From positions 43,781,424 through 43,845,423 of the forward strand of contig NC_081360.1 of assembly GCF_030684315.1 (NCBI RefSeq): 64,000 nt of DNA, given 5' to 3'. This document shows, piece by piece, positions 23,690 to 35,944 of this stretch. The stretch's first letter is position 1, and the number at the start of each line of letters is the position of its first letter. Made by a program: the position numbers and the translations under genes. Below the pieces are notes generated by a model. It saw only the letters and a program-made list of their open reading frames with translations. It had not been told where the DNA came from and made no database searches. This DNA is from Stegostoma tigrinum (taxonomy: Eukaryota).

Positions 23690-25330
23690 AAATCGACCTC
23701 TTAGAGAATGAGGATGGGGAAATCATAACTGGGAACTAGGAAATAGCAGTGGAATTGAATAAATACTTTGCATTAGTAGGACTCACCGAGACTATTCCAA
23801 GTATTAGAAAAAATACTCAGAAACAAATGGGGCTAAAGACTGATTTTCCCAAACTGATTGGATGCATCCTACGTTATGAAAGGAAGAAGCTGCAAAGATC
23901 ATGGATGCACAGGTAGTAATCTTCTAGGAATCCTTGATTTTCTAATCCTCTTTCCAGAATTTGTCGATGTAACACCCTTATTTAAACGGGTAACTAAAGG
24001 CCAGTTAGCTAGTGTTTGTTGTTGTGAAAATATTAGTCTATTATAAAATATCTACCAGCAGAGCATTTAAAAATGCATAAAATGATCAAGCAAAGTCAGC
24101 ATGGCTTATGAAGGGAAAATCATGCCTGACAAATTTTCTAGAATTCTTTTGAGATAACAAGCATGTTAGATAACAGTGAATCAGTGAATGTGATATGTTT
24201 GTTTTTTTGATAAGGCACCACACATTAGGCTACTTAAGAAGAAAAAGGCCGATGGTGTTGGAGATAATCGTTTTGGTAGTAGTAGTATTAGCATGAATAG
24301 AGGATTGGTGAACTAATAAAAGACATAGGATAAGGGGAGCATTTTCAGGATGGCAACCTGTAACTAATGGTACCCCACAGCTCACTGCTGGGGTCACAGT
24401 TATTTAAATATATATGGACTTGGATGAGGAAAGTGAATGTACTATTGCCAAGTTTGTGGATAATGCAAAAATAAGTGAGAAGACATGTAGTAGCATTGAC
24501 ATTGAAAATCTGCAGCGGAGGTATAGACAGGTTAAGCAAATGAGAAAATTTTAGCATCTGGAATATAATGTGGGACAGTGTGAGATTATGCAGTTTGGCA
24601 GAAGGAATGAAGTGCTGGATACAATTTAAATGCAGAATGGTGGATTTGGGAGTATTTGTCCATGAATCACAAAATGCTAGCATCCAAGTTTTCTAGGTAA
24701 TAAGGAAGGCAAATGAAATGTTGGCCTTTTGTTTAAAAGGGCATGGAGTATGATCCATAAAGGAGATCTTGCTAAAACTATACATGGAAGTAGTCAGACA
24801 ACAGCTGTAAAACTGAACAGCTTTGTCCCCTTATCTAATGAAAGATAGATATACTAGCATTGGAGGCAGTCTAGAGAAGGCTGTTAGGACTGATACTGAT
24901 TATGGAGGAAATGTTATGAGTAAAAGTTGAATAGGTTGGGCTTGTACTCATTAGAATTTGGAAAAGTGAGAGATGATCTTGCTGAAGTCACCCAAGAACC
25001 TTTTGTGTTTGACACATTGGATGTGGGAATATTGTTTTCCCCTTTGGGAGAGGCTAGGATGAGAGGGCATAATTTCAGAGTAAGGGTTTGCACAAATAAA
25101 CTCAGGATGAGGAGGAGTTTCTTCTGAGGGTAATGATTATGTGGATCTCTGCACTGTTTAACTTTGGTCATTAGGTATGTTTTAAGGCTGAGATACACAG
25201 GCTTTTAATCAGTAAGAGAATGAAAGGTTGCGGGGTGGAAGGCAGAAAAGTGGAGTTGAGGATTTTCAGCCTTGATCTCATTGAGTGGCATAATGTAGGC
25301 TGTTTGTCCCATTGATTCTATGCGTTGTGG
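23690..25330 (+). mobile_element. CR1 LINE ORF2 fragment
   Basis: VTPLFK, SQHG..KGKSCLTN, AKF.D..K and NRLGLYSLEF motifs. Many stops and frameshifts. Confidence 0.85.
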
Positions 25331-26811
25331 TATTTTTGTCTGGATCAGGTGTTTTGGGACTAAGTTAGGGTTGATGCAGTTATCTTAAAATTCCCCTATT
25401 CGTTTTGTACTTAAAATAAATAGATGACTACTAACACCAAAGAAACACTATTTTTAAATCAAGGCAATGTCAACTGATTGTAGTTATCGTGGAGTGCCAG
25501 TTAAATGTGGGGAAAGCTGTCCTGTGGTGGAGCTACACCTGATCCGTTTTAAAAATGATTGATTTTGGAGGCTAATCATTGCAGCCCAGACATTTGCTGC
25601 AGGATTTCTACAGGACAGTGTTCTTGGCCTAACCATCAATGTCCGTAATCTTGACTCTTTTTTAATTGGATATGTTTACTAATAAATGCCACTACCGCCA
25701 TTGAGGGGAAAGAGTCGAGCTTGCTTTCACCAAAATTTGAATGAAGCTCAGGATTGGAATGGAAAGTGAAAGGTAACGTTATCAATTGTCATGAGTGCCA
25801 ATACTGTTGCCAAAAACAAAACACTGTTGCCTTCCCAGCCTTTGTAGTACTATTGCTGATCTCCACACTATTAACACCTTGGTTAATAGTGTGGCAAATT
25901 GTTGACCAGAATTTTAAATGTACCAGCGGTCGTGCCAATATTAGAAGATCAAGGCAGTGGCTGTGTACTTTGTGTCAACTTTCCCACCACCAGGTACCAC
26001 AAGGCTTCATTAATTTTTCCAAGACTTAAGCTTGGAGTGAGATGGAATGCATCCCATTTCAATTTGTGTAACATGAAAGAAGCTTGTAGAACAAAGCAAT
26101 TTAATTGATACATAGCCTCCCCCTGGAATTAGTATTTTCCTGCTCCATCTCAAGTGTATTTGACAAGATACACCACAAACTCACCAAGCTTCGAACGCTT
26201 CCCTACCCTGAAATTCAAACACTTTTTGTCAAGTGCAATGTTTTATGGGAACATTCAAAACAGGAGCAGATGATGCAAACTAGATTTTTTTTCAGTATAA
26301 CCTTATGAGAGAATCTTGTCCTTCCTTTTATGTTATTAAAATACTTGCTGAAAATTTTATTAGTCATCCATTGGTCTGGGCAGGAATCTGCTTTATTTTT
26401 TCTGAATTTGAATTGTGCAGAATGAGTGCATGAATGTGTAACCAGTTTTCCAGGAAGACTATCTGTAGTCTTCAGACTGTGTGTATATTTTTGAAAGTTG
26501 TAGACATTTCTTTTGTAAGTAATAGAAGAAAAACTGCAAAATAATTTTAAAGGAAATTGTTAATGAAATTTGATTTGGGCATATTTCAAAAACAGATTAT
26601 GTGCCAAATTTTCTTGTGGGCCAAAACTCTCCATGAAAGTTTCTGAAATTGACACTTCCCCAAACTATGGGAATGTAGACCTATGTTTACATGAAGACAA
26701 GTAAAAAGATGCACTTCTTATAGCGGAGATAGCAGGAACTGCCGATGCTGGAGAATCTGAGATAACATGGTGTGAAGCTGGATGAACACAGCAGGCCGAG
26801 CAGGAAAGCTT

Positions 26812-26839
26812 GACGTTTCGGGTTGGGACCCTTCTTCAG
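26812..26839 (-). ncRNA. Minimal type I hammerhead ribozyme motif, intact core
   Basis: Minus strand CTGAAGA-A-GGGT CCCA ACCC-GAAAC-GTC. Confidence 0.7.
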
Positions 26840-27059
26840 AAATGGGGGAGGGGAGGGGATTCTGAAATAAATAGGGGAATGAGGGAGGCGGATAGAAGAT
26901 GGATAAAGGAGAAGATAGTGTGAAAGGAGACAGACAGGTCAAAAAGGCGGGGTTAGAGCCTACCCACTAACCTCATCCTGCCCCCCGACCTGTCCGTCCT
27001 CCCTGGACAAACTTATTTCCCCCCACCCCCCCAACTACATTCACCTTTACTGGCTCTAA

Positions 27060-27083
27060 CCCCCCCCCCCCCCCCCCCCCCCC
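27060..27083. repeat. Poly-C tract (24 nt)
   Basis: Direct read. It is an expansion of the short C run that mirrors GGCGGGG in the left arm. Confidence 0.95.
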
Positions 27084-27181
27084 GCCTCTTTGATCTGTCT
27101 GTCTCCTCTCACCCTATCTTCTCCTTTATCCATGTTCTATCTGCCTCCCCCTGTTCAGAATCCCCTTCCCCTCCCCCATTT

Positions 27182-27209
27182 CTGAAGAAGGGTCCTGACC
27201 CGAAACCTC
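27182..27209 (+). ncRNA. Minimal type I hammerhead ribozyme motif (CUC triplet; ACGT palindrome broken)
   Basis: CTGAAGA-A-GGGTC CT GACCC-GAAAC-CTC. Confidence 0.5.
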
Positions 27210-28685
27210 AAACTTTCCAGCTCCTCTGATGCTGCCTGGCTCCTGTGTTCATCCAGCTTCACACCACTTCTTATAGCCTTTGTTTTGTGATGCAAGCTAC
27301 AGAAAATGCACAAATGTAATTGCATGCGATCGTGGTCATTATTTTGCATTGAACTTTGAAACCTAAAGAAAGTCAGTAACTTTCTCACTTCTCTTTTTAA
27401 TGGCTAGAAAGTGTTCTCATGCTAACTTTTTTAATGCAAGACAGAGAGAACAAAGCTCATGGACCAAATCTTTTTGAAAAGGATAACATCTCTGAGGGAT
27501 ATGGATAAAAGAGAGGACTCCAGCTGTTAATGTATGCTTTCCCTGACAACTTCCCTCCAACTGGAAAAGAAGACAGACAAGGACAGAAAAGAAACAAAAA
27601 TAATTGGGAAAGAAAAAAGCAGGAAAGGAGAGTAGAACCAGAATAAATGTCAGCAGTTTGAAGGCTGTAGCGATATCAGAGAGATGCTGTACTGTCCCCC
27701 TTCGTGTGTATAAACTCCACTAGCCTATTAAAGTTTCACATAAAATAAATTTTACTTGCATTAAACTGAGGATCTCAGGATTGCAGGTTTAATTATATTA
27801 AAGCATTTTAAACGTTTGACTGGGCCAATATGTTTTTAGTCCCATTTCTCGTCTTTGGAGAATGTGTGTGGTTTCTTTCTGTGTAGTCACTGTTTTATTT
27901 TGAATTTTCTTCTGTGCACCCACGTCCACAAGGATTTTGCTTCTGACTAATTAAAATCTTACCATAAACATGAAACATTTAGTTAAAATTTTTTGCATTA
28001 TGTCAGAATAACATTGTAACTATTTTTAAAAGAATATAGCAGCTTTTAAGATTTGAAACTTTCATTCTTTGCAGAGAGTTGACATCATATTTTTTCTAAA
28101 CTGACAATTAGCTGACTGTAGCAAACAGAAAATGGCAGTAATGTTTAATTTTGCAGTTCATTGTCCTGATCTCTGTTCACTTAACTGTAAAGAAAGCAAA
28201 CTTAATATAACAGCTAGTTTAACTTTCCATTGCCAGACTTGGCTGGAACACTTAAAACATTTCTGGGACCTGCTCTTATCTGGGCACCCTGGAGCGCAAA
28301 GATAACTTTCATCTCTTTTACGGAAACACCTCTGCCTTATCTACTGCACATTCACCTGCAGCAACAAGTGCAACGACCTCTTGAACAACTATATCAATAT
28401 GATTGAGAAAATCCAATCAGCTATATCTGCAATGATCATCTCTTTCATGAGTTGACTTGCCCAACTGTATTTCATGCTGACTCCTTTCCTGGACCTGATC
28501 TTTCTCCTCTCTCCCTCATGCCATGTTCCCTTGATCCTATTTTCACGAAACTGCTAATTGCACAGCATCCTGTTTTGTCCCTCGTATTAACTGATGTAGG
28601 AAATGGTTCTTTCTCTTTCAAATATGAAGTTACTGCATGAAGCAAGAACACAGGGTATTGGGGGTAGTATGTTAGCACCATAACT

Positions 28686-28997
28686 TAGTGGTTAGCACTG
28701 CTCCCTCACAGTGCCAGGAACCCAGGTTTGATTCTACCCTTGGAGAACTTTGTGCGAAGCTTCCACATTCTCCCCATGTGCTCTGCTTTTCTCACACAGT
28801 CCAAAGATGTGCAAGTTAGGTGGATTACCCGTGCTAAATTGTCCATGGTGTCCGGGAGTGTGCAGGCGAGGTTATTTAACCATGGGAAATGCAGGGTTAC
28901 AGGGATGGGGTTAGGTGGTGTGGGTCTGGATGGGATGCTTTTCAGCAGATTGTGTGGACTACTTGGACATTGTAGTGATTTTATGATTCTATGACTC
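28686..28997 (+). mobile_element. HE1-type SINE (diverged)
   Basis: AGTGGTTAGCACTGCT.CCTCACAGTGCCAGG head, V-domain and TATGATTCTATGA tail. Confidence 0.85.
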
Positions 28998-29009
28998 TAA
29001 TTGAGGTAA

Positions 29010-30012
29010 TAGGTGAATTTTCAAGATGGCAACCTTAAACTAGTATAGTACCAGAGGGATCAGTGCTTGGGCCATGATTTTATATGTATGGGTATATTGA
29101 CTTGGATGAGGTAAAAAAGTGTACTGTTGGTAAGATTGCAGGTGAATCAAATAGGTGGGAAGGCAAATATTGAGGATGATACAGGTGATCTACTATGGGA
29201 TATAGGCAGATTAAGTGAGTGGACAAAAGCTTGTTGCATGGAAAATGTGTGATTTTGCTCTTCTGCAGAAGAGTAGAGGAGCCGAATATTGTTTAAATGG
29301 GGGGGAAAAGAACATCTGCAGCACACGGGCTTTTGGGGCTTCTGCAGAAATTACAAAAGCTACCATCCAAGGTTAGCAGTTAATAAGAAAGGCCAATGGA
29401 ATGTTGGCCTTTATTTCAAAGTGAATGGAGTATAAAAATACAGCATCCTTGGTACAACTGCAAAGCAAAAGTTAATCCGCAGCAATAATTCTGTGCACAA
29501 TTTTGGTTCCCTTTAAAGAAAGATATTGGTAATATGGGTGGCCCAGAGGAGTTTCACTAGGTTGACCTTGGTCACTGAGGAATTCGCTTAGGGGAAGCTT
29601 CTTAAGTTAGGTCTGAACTCATGCAATTTAGAAGAATGCATGACCATTATATTGAAATGTATAAGAATCTTTGGGGGGTTGACAAGATTGATGCTGAGTG
29701 GTTGTTTCCCCTTGTGGGAGGGTGTAGGAACAGTGGGCATAATTTCTGGAGTAAATGGTCGTCCATTTAACTCTGTGAAGGAATTTGTTCTGAAGGTAAT
29801 TAATCTGTGGGATTCTGTGGAAAGCTGTAGGAACTGGATTGTTAGGTATAATCAAAGCTGAGATGGATGTGGTTTTAATCAGTAAAGTAATCAAGGATTA
29901 TAGGGAAAAGTCAGGAAAGCGAGGATGATGATAATCTAATCAACTACAATCTCATTGAATGGTGGAGAAAACTTGGTGGGCCGAATGGTCTATTTCTCGT
30001 GTCCTATGGTTT
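29010..30012 (+). mobile_element. CR1 LINE 3' fragment
   Basis: VPEGSVLGP motif through to the CR1 tail. Confidence 0.8.
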
Positions 30013-30109
30013 TGTAATCTTCAAAAGCAGAATTTTATGGACCCCTGCTGGTCGGTTGCAAGTATTGTGGGTCATAAAATTCCCTGGGTGAATTTCCTGC
30101 AATTTGTTT

Positions 30110-32560
30110 TTTACATGGGATCGGGCATTGCTGGCTATCCACCTTTTTATTGCCATTTCGTAATAGTCTTAGAGAGCATTAGAGGGACAACTATAGCACT
30201 GTTAGGAAGGCAGTTTCAGAATTTTGATCAGTGACAGTGAAGGAACAAAGATACAGTCTCAAGTCCGGATGGTGTGCAGCTTGGATGGAAACTTTCATGT
30301 CACTGTGTTCTGACAGCATCTGTTGCTTATGCCTTTTAAGTGGTAAAGGCCTCCAGTTGGTTGCTGCATTTTAAAAAGTGTTGCTGAGCTATTGCAGGGC
30401 ATCTTGCAGATGCTCCACACTGCCCCAGTATGCGTCAGTGATAAAGGGTATGCATGTTGATAGTAGTGGATATGACACTTAAGTGAGCTGCTTTGTCTTC
30501 GGTGTCAAGCTTCTTGAGTGTTATTGGAGCTGCATTCACGTGGCACGTGGAGAGTGTTCCATCTCACTCCTGACTTCTGCTTTGTAAATAGTGGACAGGC
30601 ACTGGGGAGACAGAAGGTGTGTTACTCACCATAGCATTCTCAGCTATTAACCTGGTTTTGTAACTGCAATGTATATGGCTGAGCAAGTTCTGTTTCTAAT
30701 CGATCGTAAACTCCAGGATAAAAGTAGTGGCAGATTTAGCGATGGTAATATCGTTGAATGTTGAGGAGTGACAGTTAGATTCTGTAATTGGAGACTGTCA
30801 TCGACTGGCACTTGTGTAGCACAGTGACTTGTTCCTTATCAACCTTATCTGGGCACTTCACTTGTCCACTTATCAAGACTTTTAAAAAGCATTTAGGTCA
30901 TGCTTGAAATGCCGTAGCATACAAGGCTGTAGGTCAAGTGCTGGGAAATGTGATTAGAATAGATAGATGATTGATAACTAGCCCAGACAAGACCATCCAA
31001 AAATCCCTTTTCTGTGCTGTAAAAACTTTCCATAACCCAAGAACAAAAACAAAGTTGCTAGAAAAGCTCAGCAAGTCTGGCAGCATCTATGGAGGAGAAG
31101 AACCCAAGACTTGCAGTTGTCTAGGTCCTGGTAGTTATGGATGTTTTCCATATCTGAAGTGCTGCAGAGATACTGAACATCATGCAATTATCTGTAGAAA
31201 GAAAGTCAGCGATGAACAGTTGGAGATAGTTGGACTAATTTTGAGGAATTCCTGCAATGATGGCCTTGAGCTGACATGATGGATCTCCAACAACCATTGC
31301 CATCTTCTTTTGTGCTATATATGACTGTCCAGTAGAGGGTTTTACTCTGATTTCCATCGACTCCAGTTTTTCTAAGCCCTCTTGATGCCATATGTGGTTA
31401 TATGGACCTTTTTATTGCAAAGACATCACTCACATTCTGAATTTCAGCTTTTATCTTGTCCATCCTTGGACCAAGGCTACAATGAGGCCAGGAACTAAAT
31501 ACCCTTGGTGGAACTCAAACTAAGTATCAGCAGATTATTCCTTTGTATGTTCAGTCTGATATGTCTTGATCCTTCCGTTCCCTTTGCTGACAATGGAGAG
31601 TAGGCTGATTGGCTGGCTGGTATTTTGACCTTGTTGGATTTTTCCTGATTGTTGTGCCCAGGACGAATTTTCCCTCTAAGCTGTATATTTGTATACCTGA
31701 GTAATATTCCATGTTGTTAGCTAGATGGCAGTGATGAGCTGTATCATTACAACTGGCTAGAGATTGCTCGTTCTGGAGCAGAGTCTGCAGTACTGTTGCT
31801 GGAATGTGATCGGGGTCCATAGCCTTTGCAGTATCCAGAGCTTCCAGCCATTTCTTTCTGATATCAGTGCATCATTTGGTTGAAGGCTGGATTCTGTGAT
31901 GCTGGTGATATCTGAATGCAACAGACGAATCATCCACTTGCAAATCTGGCTAAAACAAGCTCTTTACCTGGCGCTAATGTGCCAATCTCCTCCACCTTTG
32001 AGGTTGGGAATATTTGTGGAGCTTTCACCAACTGTTAGTTCAGTTTCCCACCATCATGGCAGTGGTTCAGAGCTTAGGTAGAAATCAACAGAGGGATTTA
32101 TTGCATATATTTGGACATGAGATTTCAGGGTCCAGTCTGGATATTAAAGACTCCAATTATAACTCCTTTCCAGTTCTATGTCGTTGTGCTGCTGTGTCTA
32201 ATGAGCCTGACCCACCAGTGGACAGGACATGCCCAGGGTTGGGAATGGCAGTGGTGGCATCTGAGACATTGTCTGCAAGGTATGATTCTGTAAGTATGAC
32301 TAAATTAGGCTGATGCTTAAATAGTCTTTGGGACAACAACCTCAATTTTGGAACAAGCCCCCACATGTTAGGAAAGGGGTCTTTTCAGGGTCGCCTTGGC
32401 TGTGTTTGCACTTGTTTTGCCATCTACTCTGGTTTCATTCTTTTCATTAAGCTCTGTAGTGGTTTTGTAGAACTGAGTGGTTGACTGTGCTGTTTCATAG
32501 GGCATTGAGAATCAACCACACCACTGTGGGTCATCTGTCATATGGGCCAGATTAGGTAGG
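30110..32560 (-). mobile_element. CR1/L2-group LINE, internally deleted, spanning APE endonuclease to the 3' tail; interrupted at about 30860-31110
   Basis: N.WGLVPKL...QPNLVILTESYL (APE start) at 32157-32366, DPDHIPATVL RT entry, and the shared tail near 30110. Confidence 0.75.
31043..31100 (-). mobile_element. 58-bp Penelope pLTR fragment with 9-bp TSD
   Basis: AACCCAAGA at 31034-31042 and 31101-31109. The body matches the 20320-20355 and 36565-36612 sequence. Confidence 0.7.
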
Positions 32561-32821
32561 ATGGTGAATTTCCTTCCCTTAAAGACACACAAGACGTGTA
32601 CTTGTGACAATGATTATTTGGTTGCCATTAGGGTAACATTTAATTCCAAATTCAGTGAAAATATGAATGTCCCCCTCTGCTGTGGTGAGATTCAAAACCG
32701 TATCTCCAGAACATTAAAGTGGCACTTTGTATCAGTAATCCAGTGACATGACCAATAGACTACCATCTCCTGTATTACTTTACTGTAAAATTCCAGAGAG
32801 CTTCTCCTTTTTTATTTTTTT

Positions 32822-33130
32822 TTAGATTACCTACAGTGTGGAAACAGGCCCTTCAGACCAACAAGTCCACACCGCCACTTGAAGCATCCCTCCCAGACCC
32901 ATCCCCCATAACCCACACACCCTGAACACTATGGGCAATTTAGCATGGCTGACCCACCTAGCCTGCACATCTTTGGACTGTGGGAGGAAACCGGAGCACC
33001 CGGAGGAAACCCACGCAGACACTGGGAGAATGTGCAAACTCCACACAGACAGTCGCCTGAGGCTGGAATCGAACCCACGTCCCTGATGCTGTGAGGCTGC
33101 AGTGCTAACCACTGAGCCACCATGCCACCC
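32822..33130 (-). mobile_element. HE1 SINE, full length
   Basis: A box GTGGCTCAGTGG, B box GGTTCGATTCC, V-domain and tail. Confidence 0.93.
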
Positions 33131-33140
33131 TAAATGTCAT

Positions 33141-33406
33141 GGTAGGTATGGTGGCTCAGTGGTTAGTGCTGTTGCGTTACAGTCCCTGGGACTCAGGTTC
33201 GATTCTTACCTTCGGGTGACAGTCTGTGTGGAATTTGCACATTCTCCTCGTGCCTGTGTGGGTTTCGTGGACTGGCCATGCTAAATTGTTCAGGCTAGGT
33301 GGATTAACCATGGTAAATAGGGGATAGGGTGGGCTGGGAGGCATGCTGTTTGGTGTGGATCCGATGGACCAAATGACCTGCTTCCACACTCTAGGGATTC
33401 TACAAT
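33141..33406 (+). mobile_element. HE1-type SINE, head-to-head with the preceding copy
   Basis: GGTGGCTCAGTGGTTAG..GGTTCGATTC head, internal deletion, CR1-like tail. Confidence 0.88.
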
Positions 33407-33619
33407 TCCTTTACTCAGTTGAAGTCCTTAAGTGGCCATGAAGTTTCAGTTCATGCCCCAGTCTTTAGCAAAGGGGCCTGGCATGGAGGAAAGCTTGGCA
33501 CATTGCCCTCAACAGTCCTCAGGTGAGGGATTGAGAATGCCTCCACTGTTGGCCCCTTTTCAAGACCAGGTGCTTTAGCTGAGGCATCAGTTTCTCCTTC
33601 CTAGCACAGTTTCCTAATT

Positions 33620-34985
33620 TATAGTCACACAACATGAAAACCTACCCTTCGATCCAACTAGTCCACGTCGACTATGTTCCCAAGCTATAACTAGTTACAC
33701 CTGCCTGTGTTTGGCCTATATTGCTCCAAACCTTTCCTATTCATGTACTTATGCAAATGTATTAAACATTGAAACTGTACCTGCATCTACCTCTGGCAGT
33801 TCATTGCATACACTAATCATTCTGTAGAAAAACAGTTGCGTCATGTCCTTTTTAAATCGTTCTCCTCTCACCTTAAAAATATGCTCCCTCGTTTTGAACT
33901 CCCCATCTTAGAGTAAATAGCAAAGGTCTTTTCTCTATCTATGCCCTCCTGATTTTACAAACCTCTTAACCTCCTATGCTCTCGTGAAAAAAGTGTCAGC
34001 CTATCCACCCTTATTTTTTAAACTCAAATCCTCCATTCCTGGCAACATCCTGGTAAATCTTTGCTGAATCCTCTCCAGTTTAATAGCAAACTTCCTATAA
34101 CTGGCTGACCAGAACTGTGCACAGTACTCCAGAAGATGTGTCACCAACGTCCTTTGTAACCTCAACATGACGTCCCAACTCCTATACTGAAAGGTCTGAG
34201 CAATGAAGGCAAGTCTGCTAAATGCCTTCTTAACCACCCTGTCTACCTGCGACACAAACATCAAAGAACTATGTTAGATTAAATTCCCTACGGTGTGGAA
34301 ACAGGCCTTTCGGCCCAATAAGTCAACACCGCCACTTGAAGCATCCCTCCCAGACCCATCCCCCTATAACCCACACACTTCTGAACACTATGGGCAATTT
34401 AGCATGGCCGATCCACCTAGCCTGCACATCTTTGGACTGTGGGAGGAAACCCACACAGACACGGGAAGAATGTGCAAACTCCGCACAGACAATTGCCCGA
34501 GGCTGGAATCGAACCCGGGTCCCTGGCGCTGTGAGGCTGCAGTGCTAACCACTGAGCCACTGTGCCGCCCCATACCTGAATCCCTTGGTCTGTTTGTTCT
34601 ACAACACAACCAAGGCTCCCACCGTTAATTGTATAAGCCTTGCCCTTGTTTGTTTTATCAAAATGCGATACCTAACATTTATCCAAATTAAACTCCATCT
34701 GCCACCCCTCAGCCCATTGACCCAGTTGGTTAAAAAGCTCTTTCTGCAATCTTAAATAGCCTTTTTCACTGTTGACGATATCACCAATTTTGGTGTCATT
34801 CACAAGTTTACTAACTCTGCCTTCTATATTCTCATCCAAATCACTTCGATAAATGACAATCAAAAGTGAATCCAGTACCGATCGCTGTGGAGCATTGCAA
34901 ATCACAGGCCTCCACTCTAGAAAGTGACCGTCCACTACCACCGTTTGTCACCTACTGGAAAGCCAATTTCGTATCTGATTGACAA
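33620..34985 (-). mobile_element. CR1 LINE 3' fragment interrupted by HE1
   Basis: VVVDGHFLEWRPV, NDTKIG, WQMEFNLDKC and LLEYCAQFWS peptides. Confidence 0.9.
34275..34571 (-). mobile_element. HE1 SINE, full length
   Basis: GGGCGGCACAGTGGCTCAGTGGTTAGCACTGC head, B box, V-domain and tail. Confidence 0.93.
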
Positions 34986-35469
34986 GCTCACTATACTGCT
35001 TATGCAAAGCACCTTAGGACATTTCATTACACTAAAGGCACTTAAGTTGATTACACATATTGTGTAACATTAGCTGGCATATGCTGATTGAAAATATTTC
35101 TGTTTGTTCTGGTGGGAAAGTTTGTTTGTTGGATAAAATGCGGTAAATTCAGACCTATTCCGTTCCCAGCAGAAGTATTTCTACAAAGGAAGAAAGTAAT
35201 CTTTAAGAAATGATGATGAGTTCAGAAACAAACAATGAATATATATCAAGAGCTGCACTCTGTACTAGATGCAAGGCATTTTTTTAAGAAAAAAAGTGGT
35301 AACATTTAAATAAAGAATAATGACCCAGTCGTTGAAAATCTCATTATACCTAACAAAGGATTGGAATGTCCAAATTTTTTAGAATCACATGGGACAGAAG
35401 AGACCCTTCAGCTCACCAAATCTGCACCAACATACAGGTAATCTAATTATAGACTAGTTCCACTTTCGT

Positions 35470-35944
35470 TGGAGGCACTTCAGATAGGGTTCACAGGGAT
35501 GACCCCCAGTATGGGAGGATTGTCTTATGGGCAAAGACTAAACAAGTTGAGTCTCTACTCACTGGAGTGAGTGAAGTGATCTCATGGAAACATGCTGGAC
35601 TCTTAAGGGACTTAATAGGGTAAATGCTGACAGGATGTTTCCCTCATGGGAAAGTCTACGGCTAGAGGATGTAGTCTCAGAATAAAGAGGTGCCAGTTTA
35701 AGACTGAGATGAGAAATTTTGTCTTTCAAAGGTTGTGAACCTTTGGAATGCCTTGCTGCGGAAAGGTGTGTATATTTAAGGCTGAGATAGATAAATTTTT
35801 GATCAGTCAGGAATTCAACAGTTGTTGAGAAAACATAGAAAAGTGGACAAGAGGAATACCAGATTAGCTGTGATTATATTGAATGGCAGAGGAGGTTGAA
35901 GGAGCTGAACAGCCTACTCCTGTTCCTGTTTCTTATGGTCTTAT
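35470..35944 (+). mobile_element. CR1 LINE 3' end
   Basis: LNKLSLYSLE region and the CCTACTCCTGTTCC...TCTTATGGTCTTAT tail. Confidence 0.8.

Larger units (their letters stand above)
26725..27264. mobile_element. Inverted-repeat Penelope pLTR element with two hammerhead motifs and a 13-bp TSD
   Basis: Arms about 26768-26960 and 27052-27265. CACTTCTTATAGC at 26712-26724 and 27265-27277. Confidence 0.88.
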
